A DNA stretch of 64,000 bases from Sphagnum compactum (Eukaryota): the NCBI GenBank assembly GCA_965153455.1, contig OZ234493.1, positions 10,592,213 to 10,656,212 on the forward strand, written 5' to 3'. Shown here piece by piece: positions 25,696 through 37,742 of this stretch; position 1 is the first letter of the stretch, and the number at the start of each line of letters is the position of its first letter. Below the pieces are notes generated by a model. That model searched no databases. It was not told the origin of the DNA and saw nothing but the letters and a program-made list of their open reading frames with translations. Made by a program: the position numbers and the translations under genes.

Positions 25696-28600
25696 ATTAG
25701 GCTAAACAAACATTAGGGATTTTCCCAAATTGAAATTGAAAGAATATTTTTGTTTGTTACAAGTATACTTACCAATTTGAAAAGATGCCATTTATAAAAA
25801 AAAACTTTGAAAAGCTTATCTTTGTGAGTAAGATTTGGCCAAATGATGTAAGGGTTGGTTGGAAAACCCTTTCTAGTTTGGTAGAATTGATAAATTTTGA
25901 AATAAATTTAGAGGAATTAAATGAATTTGAAGGCTCATTTCAGTGAAAAGAATTAAATGAGGATTAATTTCAAATTTCCCTTGTAATGAACTTTGTTAAA
26001 CTTTGTTAATTATTCCTTTGGCCACTACATTTTTTGAACAATTTCAAAATTATTAACATATTGAAGTTTATTCTTAAACTAATGGTAAAAAATTGGAAAA
26101 ATATAATTGACTAATATAAAGGGAGAGATAATTGTTTATGAGATAACTAAATTAATGAAAGAAGGGGAAAAAAAAAAAAAACTGCGTCAAACATTCAAAT
26201 TGAGAGAAAAAAAGAACTAGCTTGGTTCTTTTTTAGAAAAAATCCTAAAACTAAAATGGGTGGTTATTAAAAAAAATTGATAACTACCCAACACTACTTA
26301 AAACCCTTACTAATCATGTATCAGGTCATGTGAAATAACATTCAAAAGTGATAAAACACCAATGGGAGTTGTAAAAAAGAATAAGGACCTACTAGAGGGG
26401 GCCAAAATAACAACCTAAAACCTAAAACCTTCACAAGTCACATGACACATATTTACAAGGAGATATTAAAAAACCTAGAATAATACCTAACCTAAATGAA
26501 GTCTCCTTTACATCTCAAATGATTTACATTGTTTTGCATAGTTACATAAAAGCATGTAAGTGTATTTGTTTTACACTTACACTATTTTACATGGCCACAT
26601 AAAAGCAAATAAATGTATTTTTTTTACACTTACATATAGTGTAAATAAATTTCATTATGGGATTTACACTTACAAGGAGAGTAAGTTGTAAACCATTTAC
26701 ATACACAACACAAATACATACATAGTTTTTTGAAATTCTAATAGATTCTTATACATAATTACAATTTTAAAAACATCTAAGAACTAATCAAATACCCTTC
26801 TAAAATATTATTAATTATTTCATGAAAACCACAAGTTCTTTGAAGGTTTTTTGAAAAAGACAAAATTGGAAGTTATTTGATTCTAAAATCTTTCAAAAGA
26901 ATCTCAAACTAGAGTTTTTTTTATTCTAAAAAAATTCAAAAACCTTGGGAAAAAAAATTGGACATGAAAATTGGTTCCAAAAATTTCTAGTCATTTTCAA
27001 ATTTTCATCACTTTGGGCAGTGAATTTCTCAAAAAATCAATAATTGAAAATAGAATCTAATTATTGTTGAATTCATTAAAGTACTAAGGTCTGCTTGAAG
27101 AACCTTTTTTTAATATACCTTTTGTTATGTATATGCTTCCCACATGTGGGCATTAATATTAATGTGTTGTGTTTGTTGAACTAAATTGTCCATTTTCATT
27201 TGTTTTGTGTGTAAAAGGTTGCAATTTGATAATATTATGTTCACCCATTTGCCCTAATAACTTTTTTCAAGAAAATCTTGTTACATATTTCTTGCCACCA
27301 AAATTGGTTGCTAATATTTGCATGTCATGTTTGTTGAATTAAATTGTGCATTTGTATCCATTACTTTAAGGGGAACAACTTTAGATTTCATTAGTTCTCT
27401 TTTGGGACGATAGTTTTGAAAAAAGATTTCACATCAAAACTTTTTCATATTTGTCTTTTCATATCATGTGAAAATCGAATATTTAAATTGTCTTCCCAAC
27501 ACATATTTTAATTTAATTTAGGTCACATCACATTGAATAAAACAAAAATTGTCTTGCAAGATCATCACTTGCAATACAACTTGCTTTGCAAGATGATCAT
27601 TCACAATACAACTCATTGTTGTTTAATGTCCCCCTTAATTTTACAAATTACAAATTATCAAAACATGATGAATGAACATTTTTAAAAAAAAATCATGCTA
27701 AATTTGATAAGATAATCTCAAAAATTCTTAAAACATGATGTATAAACATAAACACAAAAATTGCCATGACAAATTTGATTAATTTCAAAATTTGTGAAAA
27801 CACTACCTAGAATAAACAAAAACACAAAAATTGATGTCCACACAATGGGTTGCAATTGTAGTTGAAAGTGTAATTGATATGAATGATGACCATTGCAAGC
27901 TAATGAAAAGTCAATTTTTTGTTAGCAATTGTACCAATTGATCGCATGAAAAATTAATAAGTGGAATGCAATATGGTTTTTTTTTGTCTTCTAGGGCAAA
28001 CTTGTTGTCCATCGCCCAAGTTCCACATTTTGATTCCCCTATTGTGTAACCCTAATGTATTTGATATAATTAATTGTGGATCATGTGGTAATGATGTTTA
28101 TTGTTCTATCTAGATATGTGCCAACCTTTTGAAAGACCTCAATAATTGTGAAATTTGTGATCACAAATTCATTATAGGTTATCATTTTGGGTATGGACAT
28201 TGATGAATCCATATTTTTGGATTCATAATTTCATGATTGACAACTATAATATACACAAGTACCTTCAATGCTGAAAGGTTTAGATATTGATTATTTTCAA
28301 TGTAATATGATTAAAGTAATTTGAAAGCATAATGACTTCATCTAAAATCACTTATATTAGTGTATCCATTAGTGTCCTTTTCCCTCTTTCTAGCAAAGGT
28401 CACATGAAACAGATACAATAAAGTTATCTAGAAAGTGACCATAACTAGGTAGTATAACCCCTTATTTGTGTTAATTGGGAACAAAACCTACAATATGAGG
28501 TTCAACAATTCGAAACAAAATAACTAGAGGCTAAATGCATGTTAGGGTAGACCACTTTTGGTGTTGTAATGGTAGTTTTTTATAATGGGTGTGCTTATAA

Positions 28601-29823
28601 TTGTTACGTGTTATTGTAAATGTTAGGATTTTTTTCAAGAAGATTTTTTAGGTTATAGACTTGAATATGCACATATGCAATTGAACATTAACACAAATTT
28701 ACTAAAATTATAGAAGTTGTGGACTTTTGAAATTCAAAGTACAAATGTTATGTAAGCAAAGTTTAACTAGTGGACTTCGATTAAAATTAATAGTTGGATT
28801 AAAAACTTGTTAGGGACTTGGTTTTAGTTACAAAATATATGAAAAATAAATATTGAATTTTTTTGCATTGTATCATATGAAAATGTTGAGTTATGGAATT
28901 TTTTTGGTGTAAAAATCAGTTCTTTTCAAAAGTCCATAGCATATTGAAAATGAGGTGGTTCATGTTGAGATTTTACACACATGCTTCAATGAGGTTTACA
29001 ATGAGGTTTTGGGTTCATCATGGGAAACATTCCCAAAATGCATGGCTCGATTTAGTTAGACAAAATCTTAGGCTCCTTGTTTTGGAAATCCCACAACCTT
29101 GAAAGTTTTACATTACACAAAAGTGAAGAAAAACAATCAACTGCGTAGATATTTGAAAGAAAGAGTGAAAGAAGACAAGAAGCAAACGAACACTTGCAAG
29201 TTCACATCAAGGAATAAACATTTGAAAGGATTGAAGGATGACATGAGCCTACATGCAAAGGATAGATATCCCCAAAATGAAGCAAATCCATGGTGTGATT
29301 GAAATAAATGAAATAAAACTTTGACTTACCAAGAGTTTAAAGGTTGGGTGATAATGCTTAGGTTTCAACTTTCTAAACAATAATTAGCTTGAAGCACGAT
29401 TCTATCACACCAAAAACTGACCTAACTTATCCCAATAATAAATATTTTAAGTTCCTGGGATGAAGCACTCACCCTAAGATACTTTTAAAAAGTCTAGATG
29501 GGATCCAATATGTCTAGGCTAGACAATAACTAAAGGACAAATCGATGCTTTTTTTCTCAACAATTTTTTTTCATATTTTAAACTAAAAAATTGGGAAAAT
29601 TCTGAATTTTTTTTTGTGTAATGTAAACTTGACTAATTTGACTCGATTTTTTGAAAAACAATTTAATATCGTAAAATTAGAAAATAAAAACTTTAGTAGA
29701 AACCTTTTTCCTAGATATTAAAAAATGAAAAGTTAAAATCGCCTTTTTAAAAATGGGACAACACCCTAGCTCAAGTTCTAATTCCATTTTGAAAATAAAT
29801 AAATTCTTTCGTTAGGTTTCAAC

Positions 29824-30738
29824 TAAGGTTGTGTGTGTAAATGTCAATAGTCATCTATACAACGTGTAAATGATGTGTTATAAGTATGATTGTAAATCAT
29901 TTACACTTACAATTCTAAATTTCTACAATTACATTTATATTGTTGTCATATATAAATTTTATTTGTATTCACATGAAGCTAGTGTAAATATTTATCAAAA
30001 ACACGTACATAGCCCAGTGTAAATGTTTTGGGGTGTGTAAATGAATATATTATATATATTTAACGACCATACCTTCTTGCAAATCCATATTAATTAGTTG
30101 TGAGTGTATCTCAAAGCTCAATTTTATTTTTTGCAATGGGCCACTTTGATTGATCCTTCACACAAAAAAAATGTTATTTTGATACTCCTTAAACATTAAG
30201 GTTTTGCAATATGAGACTATAGTGGTGTTATAACAAGAAATATCTTGAATGCACATTTTGTCCCAACTCATTGTTTGAGTACAACTTTTATTATTACTAT
30301 TTTTATGAGTAGTACTTAATAATAAAAGTAACTTTTTAAAGAGCTTAGGTACTTATTGTACTTATTGTGATTCATATTAATTAATTAATTCAATTAATTG
30401 TGATGCATCCCAAAGCAAAAATGTTTTTGATGATTTTTTATGTTTTGGGTGGCAATGAACCATTTGGTTGATTTATCACAAAAACATTATGAAAACCCCC
30501 CCTCCACAAATAGAAATTATAGTTTTTACATTGTTTTACACTTACACTGTTTTATATGATTGCGTAAAGTTACATTTGTTTTACACTTACACTATTTTAT
30601 ATGACCGCATAAAATCATATTAAATGTATTTAGTTTTACACATACATTGTTTTACATGACATAAAATAGATTTACAAGGTTTTACATTTACATTACACGG
30701 ATAGTAAATCCTAAAATCATTTACATACACAAGACTGG
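29824..30738. mobile_element. Decayed non-autonomous TIR element with TGTAAA/TTTACA subterminal repeats (possibly hAT-type)
   Basis: TTGTGTGTGTAAATG near the left end and CATTTACATACACAAGACTG at the right end. A homologous right-end segment occurs at ~26520-26712. TSD not convincing. Confidence 0.5.
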
Positions 30739-31286
30739 TACACACGCACACATTTTGTCAAAGGGCTTTTGTGCAAGGTAATTCCCTTGGAAGGGGCATA
30801 ACCTTAGATAAGGGCCTGCTCCCTAGGTATCAGCTGAGGGTAGGCCTAAAGCATTTTAGGAATGCCCCCCTCCAAGGGCATGAACTGCTGTAAAGCTTGA
30901 TCAGCAAGGTATAATGGCCCTAAGGGCATCTCCACCCCACACCTGCAAACACCCCTTTTCATTAAATCTTGCACCGGGATAGTAGCGTAAATCCTGCTGC
31001 GCTCGTGGATCCATGTCCATTTTGCAGTGGTCATTTTAGCCTGGTTAAAATCTTTTTTTTCTACTATGGATTTGGACAGTGACTATTACTCGTCCAGGTG
31101 TAAAGACATATATGGTCTTTGAGTGTTTAAAGGGACTTTCATGACGTTTGTGGGTGGGGACAGTGATCATTAAACAACTATTCTATATTAACGTAAAGGA
31201 GTTGTTTACAGTTTTGGGGTGGAGATGCTCTAATGCACTGCCCTTGAACAGCGAGTTTTTATTTATGCTGTCCGAACACTATCATG

Positions 31287-31398
31287 TGTAGTGTACAACC
31301 CTAAGTCCAGGGCATTACCAAAATAAGGGCACACGAGACGATAGGCGATTGCAGGCCTGATTTTGGTAATGCCCTCAACCGAGGGCTTTATACTCCAT
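31287..31398. repeat. Best-preserved copy of a dispersed ~115-bp imperfect palindrome family
   Basis: AGGGCATTACCAAAAT(A)AGG...CCTGATTTTGGTAATGCCCT with outer arms GTGTAGTGTACAACCCT / AGGGCTTTATACTCCAT. Related copies at ~30770, 43087, 44490, 47498, 49896, 50647, 52170, 62983, 63744. Confidence 0.75.
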
Positions 31399-32696
31399 AA
31401 AGACCTGCCAGAAATTCAGTGGAGAAGCTGAGGTGACACAGGAGGGGGGCCTTATGAAAAACGAACTGCCCTCCCTGCTCCTCCTGGATGAAAAAATGTG
31501 CTTTATAAGGTTACCTCCAGATACACTGCAAAATTTCGGGCAGGTCATTACGACTCTAGAAATGGCCACCCTTAAAAAATTATAAAGTGCCCCCTCCAAT
31601 AGGAGAAAACATTCTGCTCTGTAAGGGTGCTTCCGGATACACTAGGAAATTTCAGGGAGGGCTTTTGCGTGTCTTGTGCAAACTTCTTTTTTAAAGGAAG
31701 AGAAAAGAATTTGGAGCCATGAGATTATTGGTACAAGATTTGTGAAGAGATTTGTGTGCGTTTGTCAGGATAATATTGTGCGGAGGAAGAACCAACTAAT
31801 GACGACGACCTGAAGACAGCAGCGGACAGTCAGCGCCTGAGAGAGGTGCAGCCAGCCAGCCAGCGAAGGGCGCGTGTGTCGACTGCAAGCAACACGCAAC
31901 CGAGCCTTACGGCGCACACACCACGCCTGTCGTCCTCCTGTTTCCGTGCCTCCCTTCGCTTGCTGCATCCACGCTCGGGCCACAACAAAACACATCACGG
32001 CTCACTTCTTTCAGCAGCAGTTATAGCCTCTCCTTCGGTACACCGAAAAAAAAACTGTTTGTGAGAGCGAGAGAGAGCGACTGAAGACGCGCACACCCAC
32101 ACAAACCAAAAAAAGAAAAACACCCGACTTTGCTTTACTTACTGTACATATAAAAAAGAAAGAAACAGCCGGAGCCTGTTCGCACACACCAAACCCAAGT
32201 CGCTATTCTTTTCCCACACGAGATACAGAGACAGAGAGGAGGCCAATTTCTTTTTTTTTAAAAACAAAAAACAAAAAAGTGTTTGGTTTTGTGTGTGTGT
32301 GTGTGTTTTGCAACAGTTTTTGGTATTTTGGTGGGGTCCGTTTTCGGGTGCTTGTGTTTATCCCTCCGCTTGCAGAAGCACAAGGAGGGTGGGGGCAGGG
32401 GGAGGGGGAGGGGGAGCGGGAGGGGGAGAGGCGGGAAAGTGGGGGATGGTCTTCTTCTTTCTTTGCTCGTGAGGAGTTGTTGTCTCGCGGATCAGTTTCG
32501 GTCTCTTGGGGTATGTGCGTCTCTCTTTCTTGCTCTGCTGCTGCATTTTGAGTTTTTTTGGAATTGAATCTTTGAAACTCAGATATAGTTTTTGTTTTTG
32601 TTGTTGGATGTGTTGTGGAAGAATGAATTCACTCCAGATATTTTTGGGAGCTTGCTGTATACGTACATAGAGTCTTGTTTGGAATTTGAGATCGGG

Positions 32697-32699
<3 letters not shown>

Positions 32700-32746
<47 letters not shown>
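32700..32746. repeat. (GA)n microsatellite in the leader of the FBN11-like gene
   Basis: Perfect GA run of about 23 units, ~190 bp upstream of the ATG. Confidence 0.97.
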
Positions 32747-32750
<4 letters not shown>

Positions 32751-32934
32751 AGGGGTGTGTGTGTACCTTCCTCCTCTTCTTCTTCTTCTTCAGCGGCTGC
32801 ACAAGAGGGAATTTGGATTGCACCGTTTTGCAGTTTTGTGTACCTATCAAGAAGCAAGCTTTGCTTACGAAAGAGCTTGTGGTGCAGTGCAGACAATTTT
32901 TTTAACAAAATCAAATCAACTCAAATCAAATCAA

Positions 32935-35900
32935 ATGGCGCAAGGGCATCTGTCAAACTGCTGCACATCATCATCATGCTTTGAGCGAAGTTGCTTTCTA
33001 CAATCCATTCGGGGGAGTTCCAATCCCAGAGAAAATGGGAGATCCAGTTTTAGGCTTAAACTGCATGCATACCCATCCATAATTTGTCGACAATTTGTTG
33101 TTGTCAGAGCTTCTTTGCCTCCTCATCATCATCATCATCCTTCTTCTTCTTCTTCTTTGACCTCAGCAGCTACTTCTTCTTCTTCTTCAAACAAGACTTT
33201 GCAATGTCCTCCTCCTCATGGCCTTCTCCTAAGGTACACAAGTTTGTCAAGGAGAACTGGAGGTTTTGTTCCATGCAATGCTGCTAGGAGTTCCGCACTA
33301 TCCGAATCCGAGGAGATGATGCCAACAACAAGCAGGAGGGTTATGGATAATAGACTGCCAGGGCTGGTGGATGTGATGCCTCCTGTGGTGGAATTCAAGC
33401 TATCTGACTTTGAATTGTGCTCACATGTCAGTGTGGGTCTTGCTGGAAGAGTGAGTGTTTTTGTTTTTTCCCTTTTTCTTTTCATGTCTGCTTTGTTTTG
33501 ATCTGAATTCCAGGAAACCCATTCTTTGCAATTGCAAGTACAACAACATTCTCTTCCTCTTCTTACTTACCCATTCTCCTCAACTGCAGCAAGAGGAAAA
33601 TTTGGCACATCCACAGCACACCATGGATGACCCATAAACATTCTTCCTTTGCGGACAGAATGCATATTTTTACCATTCAGGGTTATGTTTGCTCTGAGCT
33701 TGTGCATGGGCTTGATCTTCTTTAGTGCCAGCTCTCTGGACTCTATAGTTCTTGATTGGCTCTGTTTGTAACCTTGCAGGGTGATGAGGTGGTCTATGAG
33801 GGAGTTGTGAGAAATCCAGAGAGGTTTGTCTTTTGCCATTAGGATTGTTGGCCTTCTTCTGCTCATCTTGTTTTTGTAGTTGATGATGCTGATTTCCATC
33901 CAGTTCTTGAGCTGAAAACGTATGTGTACATACAGAAAGCAATGCTCCTCTGCGTGCAGCACACTCAGAGACAGCAATTGTGGTACCCTTTTCTGGGTGT
34001 GTTTCTTGCAGTCCTTTGAGAGGAATGCGAGTGGTGTTGCGACAACTGACTGGTCCAAGAGCACAGCGCTGGGGTCATCGAGCACTGCAGGTAGAAATGC
34101 ATATACATTTTCTGACTCAAAAGTTTGGTGCTGCATTTCTTCTTGGGCCTTTTGGAAATGCAAAACACCCTCCCCTCCTTAGATTGTGCATTTACAAGAG
34201 TGGTGTGCTAAATTGGCTAGGTGATGGCAAGGCTGGTGAGGAGAGAGGATTTGTACCACTCATATGCTACAAGAGTTCATGGCTACATTCTACCATCAGG
34301 CACTGCCTCTGATGAAAGCAATACACTTACACTAGTTCATGGGGTGAGTTTCCTTCAATTTGCTTCTCTTGCTTGACCTCACACTGGTTTTTCTCAAATC
34401 TTTCATAAACGTGATATATACTTGAGAGCAGAATGAGAGCATAGATGTATGTCAAATCCTTTTTGTCTTCTGAACCTCCAAATCTGTTGGTGAAACATGG
34501 GAGTCATGGTGATCATTGTTCCCCCCCTGGACCGCTTGCTTGTGCAGTACTATGGGAGCTATTCACTGCACCAATGGCTGCTGTGCCATGACTGGCTCCC
34601 AAACCTAGAAGCAAGGCTGGCATTGGATGAAGAGGCAGCAAGACGAGTGGGAGATGATCGCACAGGTGGTCCAGAAGTGTCGCGTCAATTGCGTCTCCTT
34701 CGTGTCATCATGCGTGACCTCTTGATTGGGGTATGTTGGAATAATATTCCGTTTCTTTTGTGGATCTAGTTACCCCATTTTCTAAGTGACAGTTAGATTA
34801 GCTGGACTTATAATGGTGAGGGATATATGTAACTGCAATACTCAACAGAATTTACATCTTATTCTTTTTTCCTTTCTTGTTGGGTGATTGTGGTGGCAGC
34901 TTAATTATGTCCATAGTCGGGGGCTGGCACACACAGAACTGCGCCTGCAGAATGTTCATATCAGTGCTGCTGATCGCCATGTAAAGGTCTGTGTGGAGCT
35001 GATCATGCAGAACGTTATGTTCAAATTTGCTCATGGATGAAAATAGCTTGGTCAGTATGCTTAGAAAGCATTTGTACAGAAGAGTGGCCGGTCAACTTTG
35101 AATCAGGTAGGCTGAGTGTCATTCATATGCTGCATCATTCATGTATCGACCACAGCAGGAAGATCAACTCATTTGTTGTGAACATCAGATATGTACCAGC
35201 AAATCAAATGATGGGTAGTTGGAAAAGCATCTCCAGATGGGTTTGTTTGGTGCAGAACATGCAGAAAAGTTGAGGATTGTCTGTTGGGTTTGTTTATAAG
35301 TGCAGGTGGGTATACTTGGAAATGCTGCAGACTTTCCTGGCAATGATTTTGGGAAAACTATGGTGTTTGCAAGCAGTGACTCCAAGAGTGCAATCACACG
35401 GCGATTAATGATTGCATTTGACATTAGGTGAGATGGTTGAGAGTGTTGGTAATGCTGTATTTTCTAAGTAGCTGCAATTTCTTTGATGCCTGGATGTCTC
35501 CACTGTGTTTTCCCTTCTGCACATTTCTTTTACATCAACAATTTATGCATCTGTGTGGTAAAAAGCGTTCTGCTTGCCGTGGCATTATGTGCATATCCAG
35601 ATGCATTTTAGAGTGTGTGCAAGAGTAGCTTTCAGTGTTTGTGTTGCAGTGCAGGTTAGATTTCCTCATCAGTGTGCCACTCTAGGGTTTTGAAGGGCAT
35701 TGATAGTCTAGTTACAAATAGCACACCATAGTAAGTGATGTTCTTGGGTTCTGGAGGCAGGTGTGTGGGGTATATGATGGCCAAGATGGTGCTGCGAGAG
35801 CTCATGGACCCAGCCATTTTTTCTCTTGTAAAGAACTTTCTGACACAGGTGATGAAATGCCAATTGACATTGTGTTATGAAGATTTGACCTTTCAGATGT

Positions 35901-37742
35901 CATTTGCTTTACTAACTCATTCTTTTGTATTTGATAGTTTGTGAGTTAAGAGATGCCCCTACTGAGTACTACCATCAACCATTTGCAGGGACATGATCCA
36001 GCAGGGCTGCGTGAATTCTTTTCTTCACTTGTGAAGTCAACCTCAGGCAATATTGGGGTCCAGGTTGTTCTCTCACTCAACAATGCTTTTGTTTGGGGAA
36101 GTCTAGTTAGTAGCCTCATTAGTCTTGTTATGCTCTTGTAGAACTTGGACCAATGATTTTGCATGGATCTTTTATGTCTCTGTGTTTTCAGATTTTAGAT
36201 AGGGATGGGGGAGCTGGATGGAATCTACTGGCGTGCATGCTCACCAACAAATCTGCAGAACGCATCAGGTATTCTCAGCTTCCCCTTCTCCCTTGGTTTT
36301 TGCATATATATATATATATGTATATCCATTTGGCAACTCGATATATCCCTTTGGAACTGAACAAGGGTTGAAGTGAGAGTCACTATTAGTCCAGACCTTG
36401 TTTTTCAGGATGTTTTTGACTGTGATTGTTTTTGAGGCAGTTGCACAGATGCATTAAGGCACCCATTTTTATGTGGGCCAAAGTGGCGGGTGGAATCATC
36501 CCTAGAGATGACTCGATGGAGCTTGGGTTCATTTGCTGTGCGCATTGTGGAGGACTTCATGTATGGAACTGACCAGGTACTATTTCTTACCCATTTGTCT
36601 TCAAATCCACTCTTTTAAGACCTTTTGAGTGCACACTGCATTTTGGACTCAACTGTGAACATAATATTTCCAGTCACTAACATTGGGACTTTCTCTTGAA
36701 ATGATGCAAACTTCGGCAAGCAGCGCAACCGACTGTCACAGCTTATTGACTTGTTGGAGAGGGTGAATCCAAACTCAAGTTACAAGGTAGTAAGCCTCTG
36801 CTCCTAGAAAACTAAGTGTGGTTGGTGTTCCCTTTTGTAAGCCTCTTGGAGATGACTGTAGATAGCTGAGTCAGGAGGCTAAAGCTTGTTCTAAACACTG
36901 CAGGAGTGGATGAAATTACTGCCTGGAAGATGGCGCCTTTTGTATCACACAGGCAAGCTTATTGGTCTCACACGGCGTCAGGTATTTTCTAGATGAGTAC
37001 AGTACCTGGATGCAATATCACCTGATCTATTGGATGCAAGTCACAATCAGAGAACTATCCCAGGCTCTTTAATATTTGCACTGCTGGCTCATGTTTTCAT
37101 TAGTGCTTAAGGTCATCATTTGGTTGAATGCAGGCAAACCCTGCAGTGCTAGTAGACAACCTGATCCAAGACTTCCAGCTTTCAGCTGATGGAACCAGCA
37201 GTCTCACAATGAGAACAAGTGTGGGATTTACAGTTATGGCAGAGGACAGCAACTGGTCTGCTGAAAAAACAGGTCCAAAAGGGAAGTTCAATGTTTGTGC
37301 ACATACTGTTGCACTTTCTGAAGATACAAGACTCTACCAAACAGATGGAGAGGGAAGTGACAAAGCTGCCTTGTATCCAAAGCAAAGAAGTATCAATCAC
37401 ACCCAAAATCATCCAATCTCTCATCCAACCTCTCAAGAGATTGGAAGACGAGCAGATGGATCACTCAGATTCCGTAAACAGGTCATACCTGATGAAACAC
37501 CAGCTAGCATGCCAGTCATCAGATTGGATGTTCATGAAGATCTGGAGATGAGCATGGAGCTAGATATGAAAGGAATAAGTGCCCTCCCCAAAAAAGTTCT
37601 TCAAGAAGTTCAGTTGCAGATCCCACGCGAGATGTTTAATCTGACAAATCTCGTATGCGCCACATATATAGATTCACGGCTCCTCATTCTACGTGGTGTT
37701 TCTGGGGCAGCATTACTTTTCATACGCTCTCCTGTGAGCTGA
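32935..37742 (+). CDS. FBN11: Chloroplast plastid-lipid-associated protein 14 / fibrillin 11 / ORG1-like (transit peptide + atypical kinase domain + PAP-fibrillin domain), 14 exons, ~759 aa
   Basis: Manually spliced GT-AG exons: 32935-33450, 33780-33823, 34012-34090, 34221-34343, 34548-34730, 34900-34986, 35306-35427, 35761-35848, 35989-36063, 36192-36268, 36441-36576, 36724-36786, 36904-36981, 37134-37742. Total 2280 nt, in frame. Ser-rich N-terminus. Motifs: FKLSDFELCSHVSVGLAGR, DWLPNLEARLALDEE, HTELRLQNVHIS, VGILGNAADF, MAKMVLRELMDP, ALRHPFLCGP, LPGRWRLLY, TYIDSRLLILRGVSGAALLF. Confidence 0.93.

Larger units (their letters stand above)
20780..25960 (+). pseudogene. hAT transposase relic, interrupted by a CACTA element and a small insertion
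   Basis: Frame-broken peptides: SFDLWMSKGAHDVF (first catalytic D region), CYVKDEGVNL, TCFGHDFFKAC (CxxH), LML(N)PRFK. A C-terminal dimerisation-domain WWKKH..MF at ~25388 is followed by an (S)QIEIERIF-like stretch at ~25730. Many stops and frameshifts. Confidence 0.8.
9028..26296 (+). mobile_element. Degenerate hAT-superfamily DNA transposon, outermost element of the nested stack
   Basis: Imperfect TIRs: CAATGTTGGGCGGGTAT (9028) vs reverse complement TAGTGTTGGGTAGTTAT (ends 26296). Decayed 8-bp TSD CCTACAAC / CTTAAAAC. Subterminal duplications at ~9115-9212. Internal hAT transposase relic. Confidence 0.65.

Noticed and set aside
32686..32934. N-terminal ER-repeat extension of FBN11
   Set aside because: Non-ATG start and translation of a (GA)n microsatellite. 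The first in-frame ATG is at 32935.
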